A stretch of 64,000 bases of DNA from Alphaproteobacteria bacterium (GCA_021774575.1 JAJFIX010000045.1:142561-206560); one strand, 5' to 3'. Positions 8,377 through 18,495 are shown, counted from the stretch's first letter. Notes: generated from the sequence alone by a model not told the origin. Numbers and translations: made by a program.

Positions 8377-9315
8377 ATGCCTGATCAAAAAACTGTTTTC
8401 ATTGCCGCGCACGATCCGCAATTTCTGCAACAAATTACCAAGCGCTGCGCAGGTCTTGGTCTGGACGTGCACTCGGCGTCAGACGGCATGGATGCGTTAT
8501 GGCAAATATTGAACGGTCAATTTGGATTGCTCATTCTCGATTGCGATATGCCGGGCACGGATTGGTTTGACCTTGCGGAAAAATTGAAGATAAAAAGTAG
8601 TCAAAAACCGGTTTCCCAACCGATTCCCAAACCAATTCCCATCGTCGCCCTTGGTCAAGATTCCGAGCAAGACCATGAAGAGCGCTGGGCTGCTTTAAAC
8701 GCCTATTATTGCCATAAGGGCCTTGATACCTGGGCCAATTTGCGATCCATTATTTCCAAAGAATTCGACCTTCAAACACCCGGCTCGTGCATAATCGACA
8801 CGGTTCCTGTACTCGAGACCGCCCCTGTTCGACCGCCTAAAATTCTCGTCGTCGATGACGACCTCCGAATCACGGCTGTGATGAAATATCGGCTTGAGGC
8901 ATTTGGCCTGACGGTGTTTCGGGCCAAAGACGCCACCGAAGGCGCGGCAATGGCGGTAAAGGAACTTCCAGACCTCATTATCACCGACTACAATATGCCG
9001 GGAGGTAGTTCCGGCGAAAATATGGTCTTTACTCTGAAGAGAATTGAGACAACCAAGAACATCCCGGTCATTGTCGTCACGGGCCAAAATATGGACGGGC
9101 GAACCGACTTTGTGCTGCGCCGTGAAATGTTAGGCAGGGGCGGGGCGCAGGCCTACCTGGAAAAACCATATGATTTTGACCAACTGGTCGCTGAAATACG
9201 AAAATTGATCCGTATTCCGGAAAAAACCGACGCCCCTGTAGCTCCCCAGTCAAAGGCGAGCACACAGAAAGAAGCGCATGGTTCGCCAGCAACGCTGTTA
9301 GCTGTCGGCAACTGA
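8377..9315 (+). CDS. Tandem-receiver protein (REC-linker-REC) with no output domain
   Basis: 312 aa. The C-terminal REC is canonical (ILVVDDD, IITDYNMPGG, KPY). The N-terminal REC-like domain is divergent (ILDCDMPGTD). The linker is Pro-rich. Confidence 0.75.
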   Translation: MPDQKTVFIAAHDPQFLQQITKRCAGLGLDVHSASDGMDALWQILNGQFGLLILDCDMPGTDWFDLAEKLKIKSSQKPVSQPIPKPIPIVALGQDSEQDHEERWAALNAYYCHKGLDTWANLRSIISKEFDLQTPGSCIIDTVPVLETAPVRPPKILVVDDDLRITAVMKYRLEAFGLTVFRAKDATEGAAMAVKELPDLIITDYNMPGGSSGENMVFTLKRIETTKNIPVIVVTGQNMDGRTDFVLRREMLGRGGAQAYLEKPYDFDQLVAEIRKLIRIPEKTDAPVAPQSKASTQKEAHGSPATLLAVGN

Positions 9316-9393
9316 CTTAGGGGAAATATTCCATCTGAGAAGACGGCGAAATTATATTTTCGGCGAGCGGCCGGATCGAATAATCCTTCGCCC

Positions 9394-9906
9394 TTATTCG
9401 TATTGGATCAATACCGCGAGGACGCCAGAGTAGTTGCCCGCAGGCTGGCCGGAGCCTAGATTGAGTGTGGCGCCAATCCTAATAGCGTATTGAAAATCGG
9501 CCGAATCTATTATGCCGTGGGATAGAGAAAAATTCTCCGCCGTTAAACTGTCATTTCCCGACCATAGGACCACCATTTGCACCGGTAATTTTATTTGGTA
9601 CCTGCTGTAGCCGCCGATCGAGCCAAACATTGCTGGTCGACCGCCGGCAATTTCACTGACACTGCCAGAACTATGAATTTTCGCGTCGGCGCCGATCGTC
9701 AGCGTTCCGCCTCCCACGCCGGAAACAATATGATTAACGCTGAGATGCTGTAGGGCGACGACTGACGTCGTTTCGAAAACTTGGACCGTTGCCGTGCCCG
9801 TTGCAGTCGCACCCGCCCAAACGGAAGCAATACTCGCATGAACACACACGGCGGCAATGATTGCGCCAAGCTGAAGCTTACCCCGTATTTTCCTGCAGAA
9901 CACCAT
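9394..9906 (-). CDS. Secreted beta-rich protein, DUF4402-like (SCPU/Csu-pilin-like fold family)
   Basis: 170 aa with a signal peptide. Gly/Thr/Ser-rich with a C-terminal ...GATLNLGSGQPAGNYSGVLAVLIQYE motif resembling DUF4402. No adjacent chaperone or usher. Confidence 0.45.
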   Translation of the reverse strand: MVFCRKIRGKLQLGAIIAAVCVHASIASVWAGATATGTATVQVFETTSVVALQHLSVNHIVSGVGGGTLTIGADAKIHSSGSVSEIAGGRPAMFGSIGGYSRYQIKLPVQMVVLWSGNDSLTAENFSLSHGIIDSADFQYAIRIGATLNLGSGQPAGNYSGVLAVLIQYE

Positions 9907-10061
9907 CGCAAATATATTTGGCCTTCAACAATTTCTGGGCGGAAAGAGCTCGAAAATGCTTATATGGCACCGTTACGATATCATGGCCTTGTGTGAGCAC
10001 TTTCGTTCAACTGTTAAAATTTATCTAACAGAAATTTAAGAGATCAGGCTTGAGCTAAATA

Positions 10062-13000
10062 TTACTCGTGCGGCCCCAGCCTCGCCCGAATTCGCTTTGC
10101 CAATTCCGCCTTACTATAGGGCTTACGCAATAGGTCTCCCACAAGTTCAGCGCGAAACGTCGAATCACCTAATTCTTGCTGAGACCAATCCGCAGCAAAG
10201 CCCGATGTGAGCAATATTTTTATATCCGGACGCGCCCTATTTGTGTCCATTGCAAGACGAAACCCATCGATTCCGCTCGGCATGACGATATCGGTAAATA
10301 ATAAATCAATTTTTTCCGGCCCACCAATAATCTCAAGGGCTTGCTTACCATCGCTTGCCGCAAGCGTGTCATACCCCAACTCAGTCAAATGCGAGACGGC
10401 AATATCGAGTAGATCCTCTTCATCTTCGACGACAAGGATAACCTCACTACCTTGAGGCAGCACCTCTTCGTTTTTACTCTCGATCTCCGCCTCATCCGAG
10501 AGCCCGATTGCTCGGGGCAAAAAGAGTCGAAACACCGTGCCTTTCTCGAGTTCGGACTCCAACTCAATATGACCGCCGGAACGTTCGACAAACCCATACA
10601 CCATACTAAGGCCTAGGCCAGTTCCTTTACCTCTCGGCTTCGTCGTGAAAAATGGGTCAAATATACGCTCGCGGAGTTCTTCGGCTATGCCCGTACCCGT
10701 ATCGGATACCGAGACCATGACAAATTCTCCGGGCCGACTTCCTGGATGACGTTTTACATATTCCTGGTCCAGCACTTTATTGGCAGTCAAGAGTTTCAGC
10801 GTGCCGCCATCAGGCATAGCATCGCGGGCATTTAATGTAAGATTGACGATTACGTCATCAAAATCCCCCGGATCAAAATCGGCATTCCATAAATCTTGGG
10901 ATAGCTGAGTAATCACCGCAATCCCAGAGTTTCCGGATTTAGAAATCATTTCTCTAAGATCGAGCAAGCATTTGTTCGCCGATGAAATCTGTTTTCCAGA
11001 GGAGGTAACACGCGAAAAGCTCAGCAGTCGCTCGGTAAGCGCGGCACCACGATTAACCCCCCGAAGTGCGGTCTCAATATGTTTCATCGCCACCTGATCT
11101 TCGGATCTAATCACTTTTAACAATTCCAAATTTCCCATGACGATACTCAAAATATTATTGAAATCATGGGCAATCCCACTCCCCATTTCACCGACCGCCT
11201 GCATTTTTTGCGCATGGTATAGCTGTTCGTCATGGGCCCTTTCGTCGGTTATATCGTGCAAAACACCAGTGGCACGAGTTGCTTTTCCGTCTTCGTCACG
11301 CAAGCATTTTGCTTGGGTTTGAAATAGACGGTAACTACCATCTTTTTTCCGCAATCGATATTCGCACGACCATGTGTTCTCACCTCCGTCGAGAAAGGCT
11401 TCAAATTCTTTGATAATGCGAGGACGTTCTTCAGGGTGCAAATGCGCCCTTAACGTATCTTGGCTGGAGCTAAGTTCACCAATGTCATAGCCCAGCATTT
11501 CGCCAAATCTCTCGGAGAAAAACATCTGCTTTCTCGCGACTTCTAAATCCCAGACCGCGTCCGAAATGGCACCCGTCGCCAACCGGTACCGTTCCTCATT
11601 TTCCTGCAGGGCGGTGGCAATTTTTCTCTGCTGTGTAATATCGGTTGAAATGGTTCCGACATATTGGATATTGCCATGCGCATCATGTATCGGAAATTTT
11701 GTCGCCTGAATTGCAATTTCCTCACCTTCGTTTTGCCACGATATGACACGCATCATATCTACCCCGGTGCGAAAAACTTGCTCATCAAAACCGGCCGATG
11801 CTGTGGCTAAAGGATGCTCGGAAACATTGCGCGGATTTTCCCAGAGCGCTTCATTCAAACCAATGCCCAGACGCTCTCTCGCAACGGCGTTGGCGATTTT
11901 CAAATCACCCTTTCGGTCTTTTACACTGATGCCGGTCGGCGCATTATCCAGGATTGCAGCCAGAAGTCCCTCACTTTCCTGGCGCGCGAATTCGGCTTCT
12001 TTCAACTCCGTAACATCGCGCCCTGTTGACTGATATTCCGCAATTTCTCCATTTGCCCCGGGAATTGCCGTAACCAGCCATTGATACGCTCGCTTCTCTC
12101 CATCCGCGCGAGTCAATACGCCGTGAAAAGTTATCGGTTCTGAGCCCGGCTTAATCTGCGCAATACTCGCCATAAATCTTTCCCGATCGGCCGGTTCCAT
12201 TCTCTGGCCGAACGGTGTGCCAACCAGTTCATCGAAAGATTTTTGATAGACCCGCTGATAGGCCAAATTGACGAAGCTGATGCTTTCGTCGGGCCACCAG
12301 CGGCTTACGGCCTCCTGCTGGCTATCGACAACGGCACGATAGCGCCCATCACTTTTTTCCAGGGCGCCAGTCGTTTTCATATGTTCCGCTATTTCGGCCG
12401 TAAGCGCCTCCTTACTCGCTCGCTCTGAAATTACTCTGTTAACGGTTGACGCAAATAGAAAAGCAAGGGCGATGCCAAGCACTGCGAAAAGGTTTCGGGC
12501 TACGCCCGTGTTCTCAACACCATGTTCAAGGGCTAAGGCTTGCCAAAAAACAAACGTAATAGTCAGAATTGCCAGGGCAGAAGATATGCCAAGCCAATGC
12601 GGAAATCGCACCAAATTATGCCGCGCTGTTTGCCAGGCAAGAGCCAACAATCCGACGCCCAAAGCAACAAAGCCCAAGGACGTATGCAATGCCATGCGAG
12701 TGAATCGCCCCCAGCCATATGCCCCTTCGAGCCCGACTACATAGCCGAGTGTGGCAACAGTTCCTAGGCCCAGAACTGCCGATCCAATTAATCCAAGGAG
12801 TAGTCCGTCGCCGCGACCTTTATCTATTTTCGATAATAGAATTGCGGCGGCAACAAGCATGAACGATAGGGCGGTATTTGGCGCCATTCGGCCCGGATGC
12901 GAGGTTTGCACGGTTACATAGTGCTGCATCAGAAACTGATCAATGCCCAGGTCGATACTAAAAACATACTGAGATATGGTTAGAAGCCCGAGCGCCATTA

Positions 13001-13247
13001 CGGTCACCGCAAGACCTGTTGCCAGTCGATCTTGCGCAATGACTAAAGCAGTCAGCGCCAGCCCACTCAATACAAATCCAAGAGCCGTATTGTATTGCAT
13101 AGGCACGAGGGCAGGGCTCAATTGAACGAGCAAAACAGAATGGGTGTGCCAGCCAATAAATGCCACAAAGCCCAAAAACGCTGCCATTCCTCCGGCAACG
13201 AAACCAAGAATTCTGTATTTTTCAGTCGAGCAATTATTAAATCTCAT
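10062..13247 (-). CDS. Hybrid sensor histidine kinase: polytopic membrane sensor domain, multiple PAS, HisKA, HATPase, C-terminal REC
   Basis: 1061 aa with about 8 predicted TM helices at the N-terminus. H-box [21 protein letters not shown]-boxes, and a C-terminal receiver ([24 protein letters not shown]). Confidence 0.9.
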   Translation of the reverse strand: MRFNNCSTEKYRILGFVAGGMAAFLGFVAFIGWHTHSVLLVQLSPALVPMQYNTALGFVLSGLALTALVIAQDRLATGLAVTVMALGLLTISQYVFSIDLGIDQFLMQHYVTVQTSHPGRMAPNTALSFMLVAAAILLSKIDKGRGDGLLLGLIGSAVLGLGTVATLGYVVGLEGAYGWGRFTRMALHTSLGFVALGVGLLALAWQTARHNLVRFPHWLGISSALAILTITFVFWQALALEHGVENTGVARNLFAVLGIALAFLFASTVNRVISERASKEALTAEIAEHMKTTGALEKSDGRYRAVVDSQQEAVSRWWPDESISFVNLAYQRVYQKSFDELVGTPFGQRMEPADRERFMASIAQIKPGSEPITFHGVLTRADGEKRAYQWLVTAIPGANGEIAEYQSTGRDVTELKEAEFARQESEGLLAAILDNAPTGISVKDRKGDLKIANAVARERLGIGLNEALWENPRNVSEHPLATASAGFDEQVFRTGVDMMRVISWQNEGEEIAIQATKFPIHDAHGNIQYVGTISTDITQQRKIATALQENEERYRLATGAISDAVWDLEVARKQMFFSERFGEMLGYDIGELSSSQDTLRAHLHPEERPRIIKEFEAFLDGGENTWSCEYRLRKKDGSYRLFQTQAKCLRDEDGKATRATGVLHDITDERAHDEQLYHAQKMQAVGEMGSGIAHDFNNILSIVMGNLELLKVIRSEDQVAMKHIETALRGVNRGAALTERLLSFSRVTSSGKQISSANKCLLDLREMISKSGNSGIAVITQLSQDLWNADFDPGDFDDVIVNLTLNARDAMPDGGTLKLLTANKVLDQEYVKRHPGSRPGEFVMVSVSDTGTGIAEELRERIFDPFFTTKPRGKGTGLGLSMVYGFVERSGGHIELESELEKGTVFRLFLPRAIGLSDEAEIESKNEEVLPQGSEVILVVEDEEDLLDIAVSHLTELGYDTLAASDGKQALEIIGGPEKIDLLFTDIVMPSGIDGFRLAMDTNRARPDIKILLTSGFAADWSQQELGDSTFRAELVGDLLRKPYSKAELAKRIRARLGPHE

Positions 13248-13312
13248 GGACCCAAAAATCTATTATCCAGAAAAGACCAAATGAGTACGTACGCCCGCCT
13301 ATTTTGCCCCTT

Positions 13313-15934
13313 TCACCCTTCCTTAATGGCTTCGGTGTCCAAAGCCTGCCTCACTTGGATTGCCAGCTCGCCTCGACTATAGGGCTTGTGTAATAAATTA
13401 CCGGATAGGTTTGCACGAAATTCCGATTCGCCATGTTCACTTTCAGCCGGAGAAACGGCAAAGCCCGATGTGAGCAATATTTTTATATCTGGTCTTATTT
13501 TTTTCGCATTCTCCGCCAACTGAAAACCGTCGACTCCATTGGGCATTACGACATCGCTAAACAGCAAATCAATCCCTTGGGGCCCACGAATTATTTCAAG
13601 CGCCCGCGCCCCTTCATGCGCAATCAAGGTCCGATAGCCGAGCCCTTCCAAATGAGAGACAGCAACGCTAGCCAAATCTGCCTCGTCGTCAACGACCAAA
13701 ACCGTTTCGGTCCCTTGGGGCAAATTTTTGGCCTCCAACTTCCCCCATACCGCAGACTCTCCCACACCGATCGCCCGAGGCAAATAGAGACGAAACGTCG
13801 TCCCTCTTCCCGGTTCGGAATATACTTTTATGTGACCGCCGGATTGTTCCACAAAGCCATAGGTCATGCTGAGACCAAGGCCCGTGCCTTTTCCCCGTTC
13901 TTTAGTTGAGAAAAATGGCTCAAATATTCTTTCCTTGACGTCATTTGTCATGCCCATGCCGGTATCGCAAACGGACACCATAACAAATTCCCCGGCACTG
14001 CTTCCTGGGTTTAATTTTGCATAATCTTCGTCCAGCACCTTATTTTCCGTTTCGAAAGTCAAGATGCCACCATCGGGCATCGCATCACGGGCATTTAGGG
14101 CGAGATTGACAATGACGTCACCAAATTCCCCGGGGTCGAATTCAGCAGCCCATAAATCATCGGCAAGTTTATTGGTCACGTTGACACCGACAGTCACAGA
14201 TTTTTCGATCATGTCCTGAAGTTCAATGATGCACTGGTTTGCCGATGTTCTTATTTTCTTCTTTGGTTCAACACGTGAGAACCTGAGCAGGCTTTCGGTC
14301 AGCGCAGCGCCGCGAGAAACGCCCCGTAGAGCCGTATCAATGCGATTCAGCGCCTTCGAATCGTCGCGACAATTTGATTTTAGAAGTTCTAAATTTCCAA
14401 GAACTATACTGAGAATATTATTGAAGTCGTGGGCGATGCCGCCACCCAACTCGCCGACCGCCTGCATTTTTTGTGCATGATGCAATTGTTGCTCATGGGA
14501 TCGTTCATCGGTGATATCTCGCAAAATCCCAGTAATACGTTCTACTTCACCCTTATCGGATCGAACTAGCTGGGTTTTGACCGAAAACAGCCGATATCCA
14601 CCGTCCTTTTTTCGCAAACGATACTCGCGGGTCAAGTAAGCCTGATCACCGGCTAGGAAGGCTTCGAAATGACGAATAATTTCGTCGCGCTCATCTGGAT
14701 GCAGTAGCGACCTCAATGTCTCGGCTTCCGATGGGAGCTCGCCTAAATCGTAGCCAAGCATTTCCCCAAGCCGGTCGGAAATATATGTCTTGCCGTCGGC
14801 TACGGTCCGATCCCAAATCGCATCGGATGATGTTGTGGCTGCGAGTCTGTAGCGTTCCTCGCTTTCTTGAAGGGCCGCCTCGATATTCTTCTGACGGGTA
14901 ATGTCCCGCCCCACACCTTGATACTCAACCGGTGCCCCATTGCCGTCAAAAACAGCAGTGATATTCCACGAAAAATATTGGGCTTCACCGTCTGTCCCAA
15001 AGATCTCTGTTTCCACTGTGAGCGGGCCTGAACCTGATCTCATTTCCCTAATCGAGCGAGATACGGTCACTCGATCCACCGGGTTTACCTGCTGACCGAT
15101 GGGCTTTCCAATGAGTTTTCGGGAGGGCAGGCCATATAATTTTTCATATGAGGTGTTTACAAAACTTAGTGTTTCATCGGGCAGCCAGCGGCATATTATA
15201 TCTGACTGGCTATCGATAACCGCACGATACCTATCCTCGCTTGCGCGCAACCGATTTTCGGCGCCGCTGATCTTGGCCACAACATAGGATAGGATTAGGA
15301 GCCCGATACCGACACCTGCCCAAAACACGAGATTTATGACCAACCGGATATCGGATTGACTATCTTTGCCCCCTGCCTCAAATTCAGCCGCTTTATTTGC
15401 TGCAAATATGATCAGAATATCCATTGCGGCAGATAGATCGGTAATATAAGCCGTTTGCGTCTCAGAATTTAAGGCCTTTGCCGCCAACTCACCTTTTGTG
15501 CGAGCAACTTCGACAATTTCCACATTCTGCGATTCCCAGCTATTAAAAATTTCCACAACATTTTCGACATTCGATATGTCGCCGAGAAACCGCCCCCGAA
15601 CAATATCGATATTGGCAAGAAACTCGGCCTTCGCCATTTGCATATCTCGTATCGCCGCATCAAATTCGTCGTCGTTCCGAGATACGATTGAGCGTTCCAA
15701 ATATATTTGTATATGGGCAATATTAGTGTTGGCTTGCAGCAATGCATTACTGACCGCAAGCGGGTGATCATAGATGCGGGTTGTCAGGTCGGCCAAATTA
15801 TCAATTCGGCGGACTGTCCATATCTGCACGCCTATCGCGATCAGTGCCAGGACCGCAAAGCCAATAACCGCCCCCCGCACAATCGGGTTTATAGAACGGC
15901 GCATCACGAACATATTTCCTTTATCCTCCGTCAA
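13313..15934 (-). CDS. Hybrid sensor histidine kinase: TM, periplasmic helical sensor, TM, PAS x2, HisKA, HATPase, REC (paralog of the upstream kinase)
   Basis: 873 aa with two TM segments flanking a roughly 180-aa periplasmic domain. From the PAS region onward it is about 60% identical to the 10062-13247 kinase. It also shares a 32-bp identical DNA tract with it. Confidence 0.9.
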   Translation of the reverse strand: MTEDKGNMFVMRRSINPIVRGAVIGFAVLALIAIGVQIWTVRRIDNLADLTTRIYDHPLAVSNALLQANTNIAHIQIYLERSIVSRNDDEFDAAIRDMQMAKAEFLANIDIVRGRFLGDISNVENVVEIFNSWESQNVEIVEVARTKGELAAKALNSETQTAYITDLSAAMDILIIFAANKAAEFEAGGKDSQSDIRLVINLVFWAGVGIGLLILSYVVAKISGAENRLRASEDRYRAVIDSQSDIICRWLPDETLSFVNTSYEKLYGLPSRKLIGKPIGQQVNPVDRVTVSRSIREMRSGSGPLTVETEIFGTDGEAQYFSWNITAVFDGNGAPVEYQGVGRDITRQKNIEAALQESEERYRLAATTSSDAIWDRTVADGKTYISDRLGEMLGYDLGELPSEAETLRSLLHPDERDEIIRHFEAFLAGDQAYLTREYRLRKKDGGYRLFSVKTQLVRSDKGEVERITGILRDITDERSHEQQLHHAQKMQAVGELGGGIAHDFNNILSIVLGNLELLKSNCRDDSKALNRIDTALRGVSRGAALTESLLRFSRVEPKKKIRTSANQCIIELQDMIEKSVTVGVNVTNKLADDLWAAEFDPGEFGDVIVNLALNARDAMPDGGILTFETENKVLDEDYAKLNPGSSAGEFVMVSVCDTGMGMTNDVKERIFEPFFSTKERGKGTGLGLSMTYGFVEQSGGHIKVYSEPGRGTTFRLYLPRAIGVGESAVWGKLEAKNLPQGTETVLVVDDEADLASVAVSHLEGLGYRTLIAHEGARALEIIRGPQGIDLLFSDVVMPNGVDGFQLAENAKKIRPDIKILLTSGFAVSPAESEHGESEFRANLSGNLLHKPYSRGELAIQVRQALDTEAIKEG

Positions 15935-16065
15935 AAAAATTGGAGGGAAAATTTACTGTCGCGACCGGTGCGATACGGCCTTGTAAGTTCGAGCCTTGAT
16001 AGCTGGGTTAAGATATTGAGATACGGTTGCGCTGGCAATGGCCGCCCATTACTCATCATCACCGG

Positions 16066-16815
16066 CTATGCAGCTGCTATTCCGCCACCGGGTCCTTGTC
16101 CGACATGAATTCTTCCACCGCCTGCTGGATTGATACCCAAGGGGTCGCGCAACCGATACCCATACCCCCACACAGTTTCAATGTAGTCGTCCCCACCGAG
16201 GTTGTTCGAAAGTTTTTTGCGTAGGTTGCAGATGAACACGTCAATGACAGTCTCATCATGTGATTCGGCCCCCTCATAGAGATGCTGAATGAAGGCCAGC
16301 TTCGCCAAAATTGTCCCGCGCCGCATACTAAGCAATTCAATAATTTTATATTCCGTGGCCGTCAGATGAATGAAACAATCGTCGATTTCGACGGTGCGCG
16401 CTTCCAAATTTACCCGCATCTTGCCGACCTCGACAATCGACGTCGAATGCCCGCGAAACCGGCGAACGAGAGCTTGGATGCGCGCGATAAACTCGCGCTC
16501 ATCAAATGGCTTGGTTAGGCAATCATCCGCGCCAGCATTAAACCCCTCAATTTTAAAACCAATGCCCGACGAATCCGACATTATGAGGATTGGCGTGTCG
16601 TTTTTGACCATCCTCAACTTCTTTAGGAGTTCGTAGCCAGGCATGCCATTCGAACCAAGATCCACAACGATAATGTCATAGTCCTGCAGCTTATTGATTT
16701 CCACATTACTGTCATTCAGCTCGTGCGAATGGCAAATGAACCCAACCGACGTTAACATCGACGGGACAACATTTTCCTTCACCGACCCCTCAAAGAACAG
16801 CAAAGCCCTCATCAA
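16066..16815 (-). CDS. CtrA-family (OmpR-type) response regulator paralog with a degenerate receiver acidic pocket and a Gly-rich C-terminal tail ending AAA
   Basis: 249 aa, collinear with CtrA. Shared blocks include DVFICNLRKKL, IETVWGYGYRLRDP and TATEYKIIELLSMRRGT. The N-terminal LLFFEGS replaces the conserved LLIEDDS. The C-terminus is ...GPGGGIAAA. Confidence 0.75.
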   Translation of the reverse strand: MMRALLFFEGSVKENVVPSMLTSVGFICHSHELNDSNVEINKLQDYDIIVVDLGSNGMPGYELLKKLRMVKNDTPILIMSDSSGIGFKIEGFNAGADDCLTKPFDEREFIARIQALVRRFRGHSTSIVEVGKMRVNLEARTVEIDDCFIHLTATEYKIIELLSMRRGTILAKLAFIQHLYEGAESHDETVIDVFICNLRKKLSNNLGGDDYIETVWGYGYRLRDPLGINPAGGGRIHVGQGPGGGIAAA

Positions 16816-16859
16816 AACCTCCTTTTTCGCCCACAGACCCTCCGTAAGAGTGTGAGCAA

Positions 16860-17199
16860 CGCCCCCCCCAAACTAGAGTAAAACGACTTGCTTGAATGAC
16901 TGTAGCGGGAGAATGTGCATCCAATTTCCTACAAATGTGAAAAAATTATTAAAATTTTTTCCGGCCAATTATCGAAAAGAAATAAACACTCACCATTATT
17001 TAACCATTTGTTTATATTTGTTATTAAAATAAAAATGATATTTTAACTATATAATAACAATTACATTAAAATAAATAATAAAATTTTTTACATTAATACT
17101 ATTGCAATTCTTTTATACGAAAACATCATACACCTTTTGTATTGGTGCAACAGTTAGGTCCTATCCTGATATTGTCGCTAAAGCAGAGGGAATTTTCGG
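16860..17199. other. Extremely AT-rich intergenic island (about 15-20% GC) forming a divergent promoter region
   Basis: Long A/T runs (aaaaaattattaaaatttttt, ttattaaaataaaaatgatattttaac, and others). No ORF. Flanked by about 55% GC coding sequence. Confidence 0.8.
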
Positions 17200-18321
17200 A
17201 TGAAAAATTGGGAAGAGGCCACCTCCAAAATGGACGAAACAAATGCATGTTTCGGCATTCGGAAAATCTTTCCGGCTGGTCTCGGGCTGCTATTTGCCAC
17301 CACAGTTGCATTCGGCGTGGCACATGATACGTCGCTCTCAGTCTCAGTTGCCTCGACAAACATCGATCAGCATTCAACAAGCGGCCTGAATGTTGCAGCG
17401 TTTGCGAATGCCGGCGGCTCAGAAATATTGACACCTTTTAGCGCCGCTCAATTGATTGATTGGCCAAATAACAGCGAACAAATAAGCCATGGCATCAAAA
17501 TTGGGATGATTGACGGAGGCGTCAACAAGAACCATCCGGCGCTACACAACCAGGATATTACGACGCGAGAATTCACAGCAAACGGCGCCACACCAGTCCA
17601 ATTGGACCATGGGACCGCCGTTGCGTCCCTTCTTGTCGGCAACCCAAGCACCGGAGACCTGCGCGGGTTACTACCAAATGCCACCCTATTTGCGGCAAAT
17701 ATTTTTAGCCAAGACCGGAATGGGCGCATTATCGGAGACCCAATGGCTTTTTCGAACGCCATCGATTGGCTTATCGATATGGACGTTTCAGTCATCAATG
17801 TCAGCCTTACCGGCAAAACCAACGGCCATATGGAGCGCGCGATCAACAAAGCAGTGGAGCACGGCATTCTTGTGGTCGCCGCCGCCGGAAACAATCGAGG
17901 CAATAGCGGTCGAGACTATCCCGGCGCCTATCGAAATGTCCTGGCGGCAACCGCGGTTGATGCGGATCTGAATATTTATGCCTATGCAAGTCTTGGCAGT
18001 CACGTTGATTTCGCCGCACCGGGGGTTTCCCTACGAATGGCCTCCAATAGTGGATCGGAAGTATTAAGCGGAACGTCGTTTGCCGCGCCATTTCTCACCG
18101 CCACTGTCGCGCTGTCGTTACGAGACCAGGGCGCGATCAACGCCAGCACCATTCGAACACGGCTTTCAAATACGGCCAGGGACCTCGGTAGGGCCGGGCT
18201 CGACCAAGTTTTTGGGTACGGTCTGCTTGATGCCACCAGCAATGAAGGCTTGGTGGCCCAAGTTGACCGGAGGCCTAGCCGGGTCACCCCGATAGGGGCC
18301 CGCAGGTTAACAGCGAATTAA
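17200..18321 (+). CDS. Subtilisin-like serine protease (peptidase S8), secreted or membrane-anchored
   Basis: 373 aa. Catalytic triad contexts IGMIDGG (Asp), DHGTAVAS (His) and GTSFAAPF (Ser). A hydrophobic segment sits at residues 24-40. RBS GAGGGA. Confidence 0.85.
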   Translation: MKNWEEATSKMDETNACFGIRKIFPAGLGLLFATTVAFGVAHDTSLSVSVASTNIDQHSTSGLNVAAFANAGGSEILTPFSAAQLIDWPNNSEQISHGIKIGMIDGGVNKNHPALHNQDITTREFTANGATPVQLDHGTAVASLLVGNPSTGDLRGLLPNATLFAANIFSQDRNGRIIGDPMAFSNAIDWLIDMDVSVINVSLTGKTNGHMERAINKAVEHGILVVAAAGNNRGNSGRDYPGAYRNVLAATAVDADLNIYAYASLGSHVDFAAPGVSLRMASNSGSEVLSGTSFAAPFLTATVALSLRDQGAINASTIRTRLSNTARDLGRAGLDQVFGYGLLDATSNEGLVAQVDRRPSRVTPIGARRLTAN

Positions 18322-18495
18322 ACGAGGTAAACAACACCAACCTCGATAATTACCCGAATGAATTAGACTATCCCGGTTCTTTCGTAATTTCCCCAAGTAC
18401 TTAGATCGATTAAATCATTGTCGACCATCGCTAGAGGATCAGCCTCGGTGCCTGCGCTTCGACAAATGACGGATTAGCTTGGAAAGGACGAACAA

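Noticed and set aside
9316-9393. Possible terminator between the convergent tandem-REC and DUF4402 genes (GAATAA ... TTATTC arms)
   Set aside because: The stem is short and AT-rich, with no GC-rich hairpin followed by a T-run, so it is not convincing as an intrinsic terminator.
16860-17199. CtrA full sites (TTAA-N7-TTAA) in the AT-rich island
   Set aside because: I found several TTAA half-sites at 17000, 17024, 17043, 17066 and 17093. None has the 7-bp spacing, so I make no CtrA-box claim.
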